In this document: positions 1 through 9,497 of the stretch, one piece after another
Layout: every line of letters begins with the position of its first letter
Numbering within the stretch: the stretch's first letter is position 1
Assembly: GCA_016193065.1 (NCBI GenBank)
Contig: JACPSX010000246.1
Span: 1 to 34,719 of the forward strand
DNA length: 34,719 bases
Source: Candidatus Tectimicrobiota bacterium
GTDB lineage: Bacteria; JACPSX01
Reading direction: 5' to 3'
Translations under genes and position numbers: made by a program
The notes under the pieces: model-generated
What the model was told of the DNA's origin: nothing
Databases searched by the model: none
Seen by the model: the letters and a program-made list of their open reading frames with translations, nothing else

Positions 1-962
1 TCCATCGTGTTAATGGGAGCACAGGGGATCCCCTCGACGTTTAAGAGTTCGATCCACTCGTCTCGGGTTTTGGTCTTCATGATCGGGGCCAGGATCCCGA
101 TGCACTCCTTGCGGTTCTCGACCCGCAAGGGGTTGGTGCGAAAACGCGGATCATCGATCAGTTCCGGAACTCCAAGGACTTTACAGAACCTGGCCCAGAG
201 CTGGTCGTTGCCTGCCGTGATGATGACGTATTTATCCTGGGCCTCAAACCCCTGGTAAGGAACAATGGTTTCGTGGGCTGTCCCCCAGCGCCGGGGAATC
301 TCGCCGGAGATCAGGTAGGAGCTGGCCATGTTGACCAGGGCCGCCACCTGAGTCTCCAGGAGGGAGAGGTCGATGCGCTGCCCCTTTCCCGTCTTTTCCC
401 GGGCATAGAGAGCCGCACAAATCGCCCCCTGAGCCGAGATTCCGGTGCACACGTCGGTGATCGCCACACCTACCTTGACGGGAGGACCCTCGGGCTCTCC
501 GGTAATTCCCATGAGCCCCCCGATGGCCGACACCACCAGATCATACCCCGAGCGGTTGCGGTAGGGGCCATCCGGGCCGAAGCCGGTGATGGAGCAGTAA
601 ATGATCCCCGGGTTCACGTCCCGGATCGCCTCGTAACCAATCCCCAGTTCATCCGTTGTGCCCGGAGAGAAATTTTCCAGAAGCACGTCCGATTTGCGGG
701 CCAGGGCCTTGATGATCTCGACCCCCTCCGGGGCCTTCAGATTCACCGTGACGCTGCGTTTGTTGCGGTTGGCGCAAAGAAAGTAAGCGCTTTCTCCGGG
801 GGCTGCAAATGGAGGTCCCCAGTGCCGGGTTTCATCGCCAATCCCCGGGCGCTCGATCTTAATGACATCAGCCCCCAGGTCCCCCAGGATCATGGAGCAG
901 TAAGGCCCTGCCAGTACGCGGGAGAGGTCTAAAACCCGAATGCCTTCTAGTGCCCCTGCCAT
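1..962 (-). CDS. Family III CoA-transferase (CaiB/BaiF, formyl-CoA transferase-like), 3'-truncated by window edge
   Basis: Not in the ORF track because no stop lies in the window. Manual translation from ATG at 962 gives MAGALEGIRVLDLSRVLAGPYCSMILGDLGADVIKIERPG, and later AYFLCANRNKRSVTVNLK, DVLLENFSPGT, SITGFGPDGPY and VAAGNDQLW, all typical of family III CoA-transferases. Confidence 0.92.
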   Translation of the reverse strand, partial: MAGALEGIRVLDLSRVLAGPYCSMILGDLGADVIKIERPGIGDETRHWGPPFAAPGESAYFLCANRNKRSVTVNLKAPEGVEIIKALARKSDVLLENFSPGTTDELGIGYEAIRDVNPGIIYCSITGFGPDGPYRNRSGYDLVVSAIGGLMGITGEPEGPPVKVGVAITDVCTGISAQGAICAALYAREKTGKGQRIDLSLLETQVAALVNMASSYLISGEIPRRWGTAHETIVPYQGFEAQDKYVIITAGNDQLWARFCKVLGVPELIDDPRFRTNPLRVENRKECIGILAPIMKTKTRDEWIELLNVEGIPCAPINTM

Positions 963-993
963 CAACCTGCCCCTTTTATTCTGGTCTGAAAAT

Positions 994-1032
994 CCCCCTC
1001 ACCCTCCCCCTCTCCCCCGGCGGGGAGAGGGA
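994..1032. repeat. REP-like extragenic palindrome (CCCCTCACCCT..CCCTCTCCC...GGGAGAGGG type)
   Basis: ccccctcaccctccccctctcccccggcggggagaggga forms a CCCTCTCCCC/GGGGAGAGGG stem. It resembles a widespread intergenic repeat that translates as the spurious peptide PLTLPLSPGGER. Confidence 0.7.
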
Positions 1033-1098
1033 TGAGAAGAGAGAAGAAAAGCCGGGGGATTGGACAGAACTTCTGCCCGAAAGTCCCCCGGTCAAAGT

Positions 1099-2037
1099 TT
1101 ACCGCAAGATGGGCGAGGGGAAGGTGTACTCAATTCCCGCCGCTCGCAGGGGCGCCTTGACTCCCGCAGCCAGGACCAGGCGCCTGAGTATGAGACCGCC
1201 AAACAACCCCAGGATGGCGGCAATCCGGGTCACCCACAATGTGGAGGAGAGGTCCCCTTCCGCCACCGCAGCCACCTCGATGATCATCAAGGCCAGGGGG
1301 ATCAGCAGGCCAGCCACAATGAGCCCGAACCAGAAGGTCCCCGCCAGCCGTCCCTTCAGCAGAAGGCGGGCCGAGGCACGAGACTCATCGGTGCGATGGG
1401 AGGACTGGACGTAGAAAGCAATCACGATGCACTGAACAACAAGGAGAACCAGAAGCACTTGGGAGAGGAGTCTGAAGGCCCCGGAGAGGGCCGGGCTCGA
1501 TGGGGTCAGAAGGATAACTGCCATGACTCCCGTGCTGCCGGCCGACACCAGAAACAGCAAAGGAAGCATGGCCGTGTTCCAGAAGGCGATGACCCGGGAA
1601 GCTCCCAGGAGAACCCCTGTGTAGATCATCACCAGGATCGCAAACACGAAGTTCACTACACCAATCACTCGAAGTAGGGGAGCGTTAACGGCCATCTGCC
1701 CCGGCCACACCATCAGGACCAGGTGGAGAAAGCCCAGGGTCATGAACACGGAGATGATCAGGCTCCCCCGGGTCATCCAGGAAGTTCCCGGATTGAGAAA
1801 GACCCGCAAAGCGCGCATCTTCACTCCAAGGTCCAGGATCAGGAACAGGCTAGCGATGAGCAGAAGCGGGAACGCCAAGGCGACCCCTGTCCTAGCTACG
1901 GGCTCCCAGTCCGCACCGCCATAGCTCGCCAGCACACCCATGGCGTAGCCGCCGGCCCCTGTTCCCGCCAGGAACAAATCGGCGGCAACAGGCCATTTCC
2001 ATTCATTCTGGACTTGACTCTCCAATTTGTTTGCCAT
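1099..2037 (-). CDS. NrfD/PsrC-family integral membrane anchor subunit of a molybdopterin oxidoreductase
   Basis: Start reassigned to MANKLE (ATG 2037). Motifs W.WPVA.DLFLAG.GAG, LILDLG, NPGTSWMTRGS, YTGVLL...IAFWN..LPLLFL.SA.STG, and about 8 hydrophobic segments. Confidence 0.9.
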   Translation of the reverse strand: MANKLESQVQNEWKWPVAADLFLAGTGAGGYAMGVLASYGGADWEPVARTGVALAFPLLLIASLFLILDLGVKMRALRVFLNPGTSWMTRGSLIISVFMTLGFLHLVLMVWPGQMAVNAPLLRVIGVVNFVFAILVMIYTGVLLGASRVIAFWNTAMLPLLFLVSAGSTGVMAVILLTPSSPALSGAFRLLSQVLLVLLVVQCIVIAFYVQSSHRTDESRASARLLLKGRLAGTFWFGLIVAGLLIPLALMIIEVAAVAEGDLSSTLWVTRIAAILGLFGGLILRRLVLAAGVKAPLRAAGIEYTFPSPILR

Positions 2038-2050
2038 CGCGATCACCCCT

Positions 2051-2521
2051 TTATCTCGGCGACAGGTAGTAAACCCGCGGGTTCGTCCCAAATTCAGGCG
2101 CTAACTGGAAGCCTCGCTCGGTCTTGATGAGCCGGGAGACCTCGCTTTCCGGATCATCCAGATCCCCGAAATAACGGGCGTTGGCAGGACATCCGGGGAT
2201 GCAGGCAGGCTTTAACCCCTTCTCCACCCGCTCGACGCAGAAGTCGCACTTCGTTGAGGTCCCCTCCCCGAACTTCTCAATCCACTTTTTCTTGCCGTAC
2301 TCTTCCAGGGGGGACAGGGGTTGGTCATCGCCGAAGTAGCTGGTCCACTTCTCCACGAAGTTGCGGGCGCCATAAGGACAGGCGATTGCGCAATATTTGC
2401 AGCCCACGCACAGATCCTTGTCCACAGTGACAATCCCGTCGGAGCGCTGCTGCGTGGCCTGGGTCGGACACACCTTCATGCACTCAGGATCCTCGCACTG
2501 CATGCACAGGATGGGGATCCG
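2051..2521 (-). pseudogene. DmsB/NrfC-type 4Fe-4S electron-transfer subunit lacking its N-terminal part
   Basis: Contains CMQCEDPECMKVCPT, CVGCKYCAIACPY and KCDFC...PACIPGCP..AR.FGDLDDP. An in-frame TAG at 2530-2528 directly precedes (LT)RIPILC, so the usual N-terminal CxxCxxCxxxC region is absent. Confidence 0.8.
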
Positions 2522-5084
2522 TGTGAGCTAAATCGGCTTCCACCAGATCATTAAAGAAAACCCCCTTCCCCTTAGCAATGGGCTGGAACGGGGTCCAGTG
2601 ACCCGCGCAAGCCGCAATGGCCAAGTGCTGGGGCTCGATTCCTTCAGTAAGGCGAACCTGCCCCTTGACCCTGTGCCCTTCGGGGTTTTCCAACCAGACC
2701 CAATCCAGATCCTGCAGCCCCTTCTTCTTGGCTGTCTCCGTATGGATCTGGATCGTGTAGGCATAGGGATCCTGCTGGGCAATCTCGTCGAGCCAGGGGT
2801 TCTGCATCGTCAGTGAGTTCGTATGCATCACAGCCCGCCAGTAGAAGGGGTACAGGTCGTACTCCGTGCCGTCATACATGTGAGTGGGGCACGGATACCA
2901 GTCGGGAAGAGCCTTGAGCCGGGACCAGTCGAGCATATCGCCGGCGCCGAACTGTTCGGCGATCTTCTTGACCTTCTCCCTACCGACGGGGAAGAACTCG
3001 AAGTAGATGGGGACCCGGACGTTCAAAAACCACTTCCAGTAGATCTCATCCACCTTCTTAGGCCAGGTAATCACCCCGTCTTTCTTGGCGTACTCCAGCC
3101 CCTTGTCCGGGCCGAAACGGTCCCGGATCAGGCGGTCACAAATCTCCTGCCAGGTGTAATCCTCACCGGGCTTGAGCTTGTTCTCTTCGTTGAGCGGCCC
3201 GCCGTAGCGGGTGGGAACGGCCGCATTCAGGGCCTCATAGTATTTGTCGGCGATCCCGAGCCTCTTGGCCAACTCCAGCATAATCTCGTTGAAGTCCCGG
3301 CGCTCGTACATAGGCTCGATGACCGGCTGCCGGATCTGCCAGCCCCAGTTTCCGAGCCCCTGGGGGTGGCTGAAAATGGAGGGGAAGGTCACCGCCGGGG
3401 TGTAGCGCTCCAGGAAGCAGCAGTCGGGCAGGACAATGTCCGCCACAGCGTCCGTGAACTCCGTGAGGTAGATGTCAAAGGAGAACACGAATTTGAACTT
3501 CTTCAAGTAGTTCTCCGTGATGGCCTCGGCGTTGGAATTCGTCATGACCGAGTTGGAGCCGAAGTTGATCAGGATCTCCGGCCGGTAGGGGATCTTGAAC
3601 TGCTGCCAAAGCTTCTCGTTGTCCGGGGAACAAATGGTGAAGCAGTTGTAAATAGAAGTCGGGAACATGTCATGGAGATCCAGGCGGGTGGGAGCCTTGG
3701 GCTCGTGAAGGGGATACGCCTTGTGATCGTAGACCCACCCCTTGGCCACCATGAGGCCATCATCATCGGCATACATGACCGTATTCGGTTTGCCTGTGTC
3801 CGGATATCCATGAGAGTTAGGAGGTCCCAGACCCAGGGAACTTCCCACGGTGTCCGCCGCCCCGACGATGTGATTGAGAAGATCGATGGACAGGCAGGTC
3901 CAGCCCGAGTTCACGTGTCCCTGAGCGCCGCGGAAGAAGATAGCCGCCACAGGGCGATAGGGGATTTCTTTGCCGTCGATAACAATCTTGCTGCCGATGC
4001 GGGCCTCCTCGGCAAATTCCTTAGCAATCCGGCGCAGTGTGGAAGCCGGCACTCCCGTGATCTTTTCCGCTTTTTCCGGGGGATAAGATTTCACGTGGTC
4101 CTTGAGGAGACGGAACGCCGGGGTGCAAGTCTCCCCGTCCACATTCACCGACTCGAGGAGTTCGTAGTCCACGATGCTGGGGTCATCAAAGGTCTTGGCC
4201 TTCCCCTCGACTCGGTCCCAAATCATGGGCTTGTTTGTCTTCGGATCCCGTTTGTAGAAGCCGTCTGGCTTGATCAGGTAGGAGCCGTTGGTCTTGAGCT
4301 TGATATACTCTGCGTCGTAAATGCCGAGCTCGTTCAGGATCACGTTGATCATGGCCAGGGCTGCAGCCCCATCGGTACCCACACGGATGGGCACCCACTC
4401 ATGGCCTTTGGCAGCCTGGGCACTCAGGAAGGGGTCAAAGACCACCGTGCGGCACCCCCGGGCCCGGGCGTCGGCGGCCTGGAAGGCGTTCTCGACGGCC
4501 ACGTGACCCGCCCCGTGTCCCTTGGAACAGCCAAAATTAAGGACGTAGTTGCAGTGCTGGAAGTCGGGGACGATGGACCAGGCTGCGTGCATGATCCCGT
4601 TCATAAAGTGCGCCCCGTTGCCGCAGTGCACCCCGCCTCCGGAGACCCAGTAGTTTGTAAAACCGAAGGCCTTCATGAACCCGGTTACTGCAAAGCGGAT
4701 CTCGCTGGTCTGCGTCGTCGTGGCCTGGAATAAGCAGGCCCGCGGGTCTTTTTTATAGGTCTCGCGCAGCTTCTCGACGATGGTGTCCATCGCCTCTTCC
4801 CAGCTTATGCGCTGCCACTGGGGATCAACACCTATCCCTTTCTTTGGATTGCCTCGCTTGAGAGGATAGTTCACCCGGTAAGGATCATAGAGAAGCATCG
4901 GACCCGCCACCCCTTTCGGGCAGATTCTCCCCTGGCCCGCCGCCGCTTTGGGATTCCCCTCCACCCGGATCACGACCCCGTCGACCCGGTGGGCCCGGAC
5001 GCCGCACTGGCAATAGCATTGTCCGCAGGAGGTTCCTATCCATACATCCTCTTTCACCACGCTTTGCCCCTTCTCTAGTGCCAT
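2484..5084 (-). CDS. Molybdopterin (bis-MGD, DMSO reductase family) oxidoreductase catalytic subunit, no Tat signal; true C-terminus probably lost
   Basis: N-terminal 4Fe-4S motif CGQCYCQC...ICPKG, DPYRVNYPLKR, WQRISWEEA, ADIVLPD..FLER and a C-terminal MGD-binding domain (HTNSLT.NPWL.EI). The last ~9 residues are an out-of-frame read of the Fe-S subunit gene. Confidence 0.9.
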   Translation of the reverse strand: MALEKGQSVVKEDVWIGTSCGQCYCQCGVRAHRVDGVVIRVEGNPKAAAGQGRICPKGVAGPMLLYDPYRVNYPLKRGNPKKGIGVDPQWQRISWEEAMDTIVEKLRETYKKDPRACLFQATTTQTSEIRFAVTGFMKAFGFTNYWVSGGGVHCGNGAHFMNGIMHAAWSIVPDFQHCNYVLNFGCSKGHGAGHVAVENAFQAADARARGCRTVVFDPFLSAQAAKGHEWVPIRVGTDGAAALAMINVILNELGIYDAEYIKLKTNGSYLIKPDGFYKRDPKTNKPMIWDRVEGKAKTFDDPSIVDYELLESVNVDGETCTPAFRLLKDHVKSYPPEKAEKITGVPASTLRRIAKEFAEEARIGSKIVIDGKEIPYRPVAAIFFRGAQGHVNSGWTCLSIDLLNHIVGAADTVGSSLGLGPPNSHGYPDTGKPNTVMYADDDGLMVAKGWVYDHKAYPLHEPKAPTRLDLHDMFPTSIYNCFTICSPDNEKLWQQFKIPYRPEILINFGSNSVMTNSNAEAITENYLKKFKFVFSFDIYLTEFTDAVADIVLPDCCFLERYTPAVTFPSIFSHPQGLGNWGWQIRQPVIEPMYERRDFNEIMLELAKRLGIADKYYEALNAAVPTRYGGPLNEENKLKPGEDYTWQEICDRLIRDRFGPDKGLEYAKKDGVITWPKKVDEIYWKWFLNVRVPIYFEFFPVGREKVKKIAEQFGAGDMLDWSRLKALPDWYPCPTHMYDGTEYDLYPFYWRAVMHTNSLTMQNPWLDEIAQQDPYAYTIQIHTETAKKKGLQDLDWVWLENPEGHRVKGQVRLTEGIEPQHLAIAACAGHWTPFQPIAKGKGVFFNDLVEADLAHTDPHPVHAVRGS

Positions 5085-5469
5085 CGATCACCTCGTTTGT
5101 TGAAGTTCCCGGAACTCTCCGGAAAACGATTCCCCGAGCCTTAGGCCCTGGAGCTCAAACTTTCCTCAGCGGGAGGCTGTTTGATCAAGGGCTGGCCTTG
5201 GCCGCTCTTCCCTCCTGTGGGTAGAAATCGCGGGTCTCACCGGACTGGGAATGGGATTTACAAACAAACAGTCGAAACGCCCCTGCAGAGTCAGGTTGGT
5301 CTCCCTCGGATGACGAGCGGTTTCTGCATCCCTCCGGCCAGGATCGTCCAGCGGAGCAACATGCAGATTGGACCGATCCAAGGCTGCCAGAAAACATAGC
5401 AAGATCCACCAACTGCTTAAATAAGGCGGTTACCTCATTTTGTTGATGAAATTTCCCCAAAGTTCCCGC

Positions 5470-6423
5470 TTACAATTTGGCCCCGCACTGCCCGCAGTAC
5501 GAGAACGATTCGGGAATTCCCTTGGCCCCGCACTTGGAACAGGTATGAACGTATGGGCCCCAGAGGAACTCACTGGACTTGCCCTCGGCGGCCAGACGGC
5601 GCACGCCAAGGTAATCGGGCTGGCGCTTCTCGACGAAGGCCTTCATGCCTTCGTAAGGCTCGATGGCCATGTAGTGCAACGAGAGCCAATCCTTGGCGTG
5701 CCCGATCGTCAGGTTCCAAACGAAATCCTTCCAGAAGTTGACCTGCTGCTTCGTGTAGCGGGTGCACTCGGGGAACTTATTGATGAGCTTCTGGCACAGC
5801 TCGTCCACGGCCTTGTCCAGATCGGCGTAGGGGACCACCTTGTTGACCAGCCCCCATTCCAAGGCCTGCTGGGCCGTAATGGGATCACAGGTAAACAGCA
5901 TTTCCCGGGCCCGGCGATCCCCGATCACGATGGGCAAAAACTGGCTAGCACCCCCGCAGGCCACGCTGCCCACCCGGGTTCCCACCTGGCGGATCGTGGC
6001 GTGGTCGGCGCAAACCGCCAGGTCCGCCGACAGGTTCCATTCGTTACCCCCGCCGGCCACCATGCCGTTGATGCGGGCAATGGTGGGCTTGCCGATGTTG
6101 CGGAACGTGTCGTGGGCCTGCACGAAGGCCCCCATCCACTTCCAATAATCCCGGGGTTTCTTCGTGAAAACGCTCTCGTATTCCTTCACGTCACCGCCTG
6201 TGCAAAACGCCTTGTCTCCGGCCCCCGTGAGCACCACGACGGCGATCCCGTCATCCCAGGAGGCGTCCAGGAAAGCCTGGGTCATCTCGAACAGGGTGAG
6301 CGTGCTGTAGGCGTTGTAGGCATGGGGCCGGTTGATCGTCACCCGGGCCACCCAGTCCTTCTTTTCGTAAATGATCTCCTTGAACTCGAAACTCTCGGCA
6401 GGACGCGGCTCAAAGTAACCCAT
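5470..6423 (-). CDS. Crotonase-family ring-opening beta-oxoacyl-CoA hydrolase (Oah/BadI-like), paralog 2, with C-terminal CxxC...CxxC
   Basis: TINRP..YNAY, AFCTGGDVKEY, GKPTIARINGMVAGGGNE, Q.G.RVGS..GG and terminal CSKC-x11-CGQC; located in a benzoyl-CoA reductase cluster. Confidence 0.75.
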   Translation of the reverse strand: MGYFEPRPAESFEFKEIIYEKKDWVARVTINRPHAYNAYSTLTLFEMTQAFLDASWDDGIAVVVLTGAGDKAFCTGGDVKEYESVFTKKPRDYWKWMGAFVQAHDTFRNIGKPTIARINGMVAGGGNEWNLSADLAVCADHATIRQVGTRVGSVACGGASQFLPIVIGDRRAREMLFTCDPITAQQALEWGLVNKVVPYADLDKAVDELCQKLINKFPECTRYTKQQVNFWKDFVWNLTIGHAKDWLSLHYMAIEPYEGMKAFVEKRQPDYLGVRRLAAEGKSSEFLWGPYVHTCSKCGAKGIPESFSYCGQCGAKL

Positions 6424-6487
6424 TTGCTTCTCCTTCTTCCCTCGCGAAGATTAACCTTCCCCCTCCCTTTCCTCCAATACAACAAAC

Positions 6488-7354
6488 CTATGCCGAACGG
6501 TCCGGAAGCCTGAGAATCCTGCGGGCGTTCCCCTCGAGCACTTTCTCCCGCACCCCCTCTTTGAGCTCCAGTTCCTCAAAACCCTTGAGCCAGCGCTTCG
6601 GGTCAATGTAAGGATAATCGGAGCCGAAGACCATTTTATCCGCAAGCAGCGTGTTCATGTGGGAGATGACCGCCTTGGGAATGTACTTGGGGAGCCAGCC
6701 CGACAGATCGATGTAGAGGTTCGCTTTGTGCAGGCAAATGGCCAGCAGCTCGTTTTCCCAGGGCCAGCCGTTGTGGGCCGCGATGAGCGTAAGCTCGGGA
6801 AAATCAGCGGCCACGTCGTCCAGGTAGATGGGCCGGGCGTATTTCAGTTTGATCCCCATCCCGCCGACCTTCCCCATTCCCAAGCCCGTGAAACCGCAAT
6901 GGAACAGGATGGGAATATCGAGATCGATGCATTTCTCGTACAGCGGGTAGACCATCGGGTCGTTGGGATAGAAATCCTGAATCGGCGGATGAAGCTTGAG
7001 CCCTTTGAGGCCGAGGTCGCCGATGGCCCGCTCCAGCTCCGCCAGCGCGGCTTTTCCTTTCCAAGGATCGACGCTGGCAAAACCAATGAAACGGTCCGGG
7101 AATTCCGCCACCAGCTCGGCAATGTGATCGTTGGGGATCGGGGGAAGCCCCGTTGCGGATTCGGCATCCCAGCCAAAAATCACCCCCAGGGCCACGCCTG
7201 CACTGTCCATGTCCTCCACCACCTCGTCGACATCCTTCACCGGGTGATTCACCTTGAAGAACTCGTCGATGGCTTTCAGATAGTCCCCACCGCCGGCCAT
7301 AAAGAGGTCCGTGGAGGGGTGCATGTGGATGTCAATGGGACGGACGTCTGCCAT
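6488..7354 (-). CDS. Amidohydrolase_2 family metal-dependent hydrolase (resembles CouO-like beta-ketoacyl-CoA hydrolases)
   Basis: IDIHMH, GLKLHP, LFHCG, LDDVAADFP.L..IAAH.GWPW, YIDLSGW.PKY, FGSDYP and NARRIL. Confidence 0.85.
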   Translation of the reverse strand: MADVRPIDIHMHPSTDLFMAGGGDYLKAIDEFFKVNHPVKDVDEVVEDMDSAGVALGVIFGWDAESATGLPPIPNDHIAELVAEFPDRFIGFASVDPWKGKAALAELERAIGDLGLKGLKLHPPIQDFYPNDPMVYPLYEKCIDLDIPILFHCGFTGLGMGKVGGMGIKLKYARPIYLDDVAADFPELTLIAAHNGWPWENELLAICLHKANLYIDLSGWLPKYIPKAVISHMNTLLADKMVFGSDYPYIDPKRWLKGFEELELKEGVREKVLEGNARRILRLPDRSA

Positions 7355-7368
7355 GGGATGTCTCCTCT

Positions 7369-8523
7369 TTACTTCTTACCGGTACCCAGGAGGTCTCGGG
7401 CGATGATGATCCTCTGGATGAAGCTCGTCCCTTCGTAAATTTCAAAGCCCTTGATGTCCCGGTAGTAGCGCTCAACGGGGTAGAGATTCGTGTAGCCGTA
7501 GCTGCCGTGCAGGAAGACCGCCTTGGAAGCGGCCCGGGAAGCGGCCTCGGTGGCATAAAGCTTGGCGGCGGAGGTCTCGGATGTGGTTCTCACACCGGCA
7601 TCTTTGAGAGCAGCCGCCTTGTAGGTAAGCAACCGAGCGGCTTCGGTCTCCACGAACATGTCGGCCATGGCCTGCTGCACCATCTGAAAATCAGCCAGCC
7701 GCTGGCCAAACTGCTGGCGCTTGGTCAGGAACTCAACGCAGGCATCAATGCAGGCCTGAGCTACGCCTACAGCCCCGGCCGCCACTCCGAGCCTGCCGTG
7801 GTCCAGGGCCCCCATGGCCACCTTGAACCCTTCTCCTTCCTTGCCCAAAAGAGCGCTTTTGTGGACCCGGCAGTTCTGCAGACGGATCACCGCATGATCC
7901 GAGGCCCGGTGACCCAATTCCTGACCTTCCATCTTCTCCCGATGAAAGCCCGGAGCGGAGGTTTCCACGATGAAGGCGGTTACCCCCCGGTGCTTGAGGG
8001 AGCGGTCCACACTGGCGAAGACCAGAGCCACATCTGCGATGTTTCCGTTGCTGATCCAGATCTTGGTCCCGTTCAGGAGGTAGTGATCCCCATCCCGGGT
8101 CGCCGTGGATTCCATGCTTCCCACGTCGGAACCCGCGTTGGGCTCCGTGAGAGCGTAGCAGCCGATGATCTCGCCGCGGGCCAGTCTGGGAAGCAACGCC
8201 CGCTTTTGTTCCTCGGTCCCCCAGTCCTTGATGCACATGGAAACGAGCCCCAGATGCACAGCGATGAACCCCCGGGTCGAAGAGCAGGCCCGGCCGATTT
8301 CTTCATAGGCAATGGCCGTGCTCACGTAGTCCCACCCCTGGCCCCCGTATTCCCTGGGCAGTGGCCCTCCCAGGACCCCCAGTTCGGCCAGGCGACGGAT
8401 GATCTCCCGGGGCATGGCGCGGTTTTCATCCCACTGCCGGGCGAAGGGCGCCACTTCATTCTGGGCAAAAGCGCGCATCCTGGCCTGCAATTCCTTTTGA
8501 AGCGGGCTCAGTTGGAAATCCAT
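7369..8523 (-). CDS. Acyl-CoA dehydrogenase
   Basis: YALTEPNAGSD, LNGTKIWISNG, GRLGVAAGAVG, RQQFGQRL..FQ, HGSYGY and IYEGTS.IQR. Confidence 0.93.
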   Translation of the reverse strand: MDFQLSPLQKELQARMRAFAQNEVAPFARQWDENRAMPREIIRRLAELGVLGGPLPREYGGQGWDYVSTAIAYEEIGRACSSTRGFIAVHLGLVSMCIKDWGTEEQKRALLPRLARGEIIGCYALTEPNAGSDVGSMESTATRDGDHYLLNGTKIWISNGNIADVALVFASVDRSLKHRGVTAFIVETSAPGFHREKMEGQELGHRASDHAVIRLQNCRVHKSALLGKEGEGFKVAMGALDHGRLGVAAGAVGVAQACIDACVEFLTKRQQFGQRLADFQMVQQAMADMFVETEAARLLTYKAAALKDAGVRTTSETSAAKLYATEAASRAASKAVFLHGSYGYTNLYPVERYYRDIKGFEIYEGTSFIQRIIIARDLLGTGKK

Positions 8524-8529
8524 GATCTC

Positions 8530-9483
8530 TCACCCCTTCAGCGCACGCAGCCGCTCGCTAAGTTTGGGGAGAACCTTGTAGAGGTCCCCGATGATGCCGT
8601 AATCGGCATATTTGAAAATAGGAGCATCCTTGCTGGAGTTGATGGCCACGATGACCTTGGCCCCTTGAATGGCCACGCTGTGCTGGATCTGCCCTGAGAG
8701 GCCCACGGCGAAATAGATTTCCGGTTTCACCCTCTTTCCCGACAGGCCGATCATGCGATACTCGGGCAGCCACTGCAGATCCGTGGCAACAGGGCGGGTG
8801 CAGCCCACCTCGGCCTGGGCGCTGCGGGCCAGATCCTCGACCAGAGCGAGATCCTCCTTTTTCTTCACGCCGCGCCCGAAGGCGACCACCCGGGAAGCCT
8901 CCTCCAGGTTCACCCCCTCCATGGCCTTAGGACGCCGCTCCACCACCCGGAGCGGGGAAGAAGGAGGAGTAAACTCCAGCAAGGTGGTCTCACCGCTGGC
9001 CGGAAAATCCTCATGGCTGGAGTACTTCCCGGGCAAAACCGCCACCACGAAGATCTCCCCGCCCAGGACCTCGGTGGCGACCGTACTTCCCCCTAGCGCG
9101 TAGCGTTCCGCTTCGATGCGCCCTTCCTGAACGCGCACTGCCAGGGCATCCGTAATGCAACCGGCGGTTAACTTTTGAGCCAGGCGCGGGGCCAGCTCCT
9201 TGCCGCGCTTGCTGGAGCTGATCAGAATCAGCTTGGCACCAGTGCTTCGGGTCATCAAGGCCAGAGCCTCTGCCACAACCTCTACAGCAGTTTCCGGGGC
9301 CAAAGGTTTCTGGAGCCCGAGAACCCGGCGGGCACCGCAACGGAAATACACCTCTGCATTTCCTTCTCCCCAGAGGGAAGCGACCGCTACCTCTCCACCC
9401 AGATCCTCCGCCAGCTCCCGGCCGCGAGTCACGAGCTCGCAGGCCTGGGCCACCTTGTCTGCGTATGCTAGTACCCCCCCCAT
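8530..9483 (-). CDS. fixB: Electron transfer flavoprotein alpha subunit (FixB/EtfA)
   Basis: Start reassigned to ATG 9483 (SD GAGGAGG); the ORF-track extension is MITE sequence. Motifs VVAFGRG, VGCTRPVA, IGLSG..VKPEIY.AVGLSGQIQH and APIF.YADYGIIGDL. Confidence 0.92.
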   Translation of the reverse strand: MGGVLAYADKVAQACELVTRGRELAEDLGGEVAVASLWGEGNAEVYFRCGARRVLGLQKPLAPETAVEVVAEALALMTRSTGAKLILISSSKRGKELAPRLAQKLTAGCITDALAVRVQEGRIEAERYALGGSTVATEVLGGEIFVVAVLPGKYSSHEDFPASGETTLLEFTPPSSPLRVVERRPKAMEGVNLEEASRVVAFGRGVKKKEDLALVEDLARSAQAEVGCTRPVATDLQWLPEYRMIGLSGKRVKPEIYFAVGLSGQIQHSVAIQGAKVIVAINSSKDAPIFKYADYGIIGDLYKVLPKLSERLRALKG

Positions 9484-9497
9484 CCCTACCTCCTCAG

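Noticed and set aside
2823-4733. 636-aa plus-strand ORF
   Set aside because: Antisense shadow of the molybdopterin subunit; no recognisable motifs; expected from high-GC codon bias.
5160-5177. GCCTCCCGCTGAGGAAAG upstream of the Mo-enzyme gene, resembling the 3' end of the Moco RNA motif
   Set aside because: The upstream helices of the motif could not be identified; only an Rfam covariance-model hit would support it.
5436-5448. 13-mer CATTTTGTTGATG repeated at 34699-34711
   Set aside because: Single short match with no extension and the second copy at the window edge; cannot be distinguished from chance.
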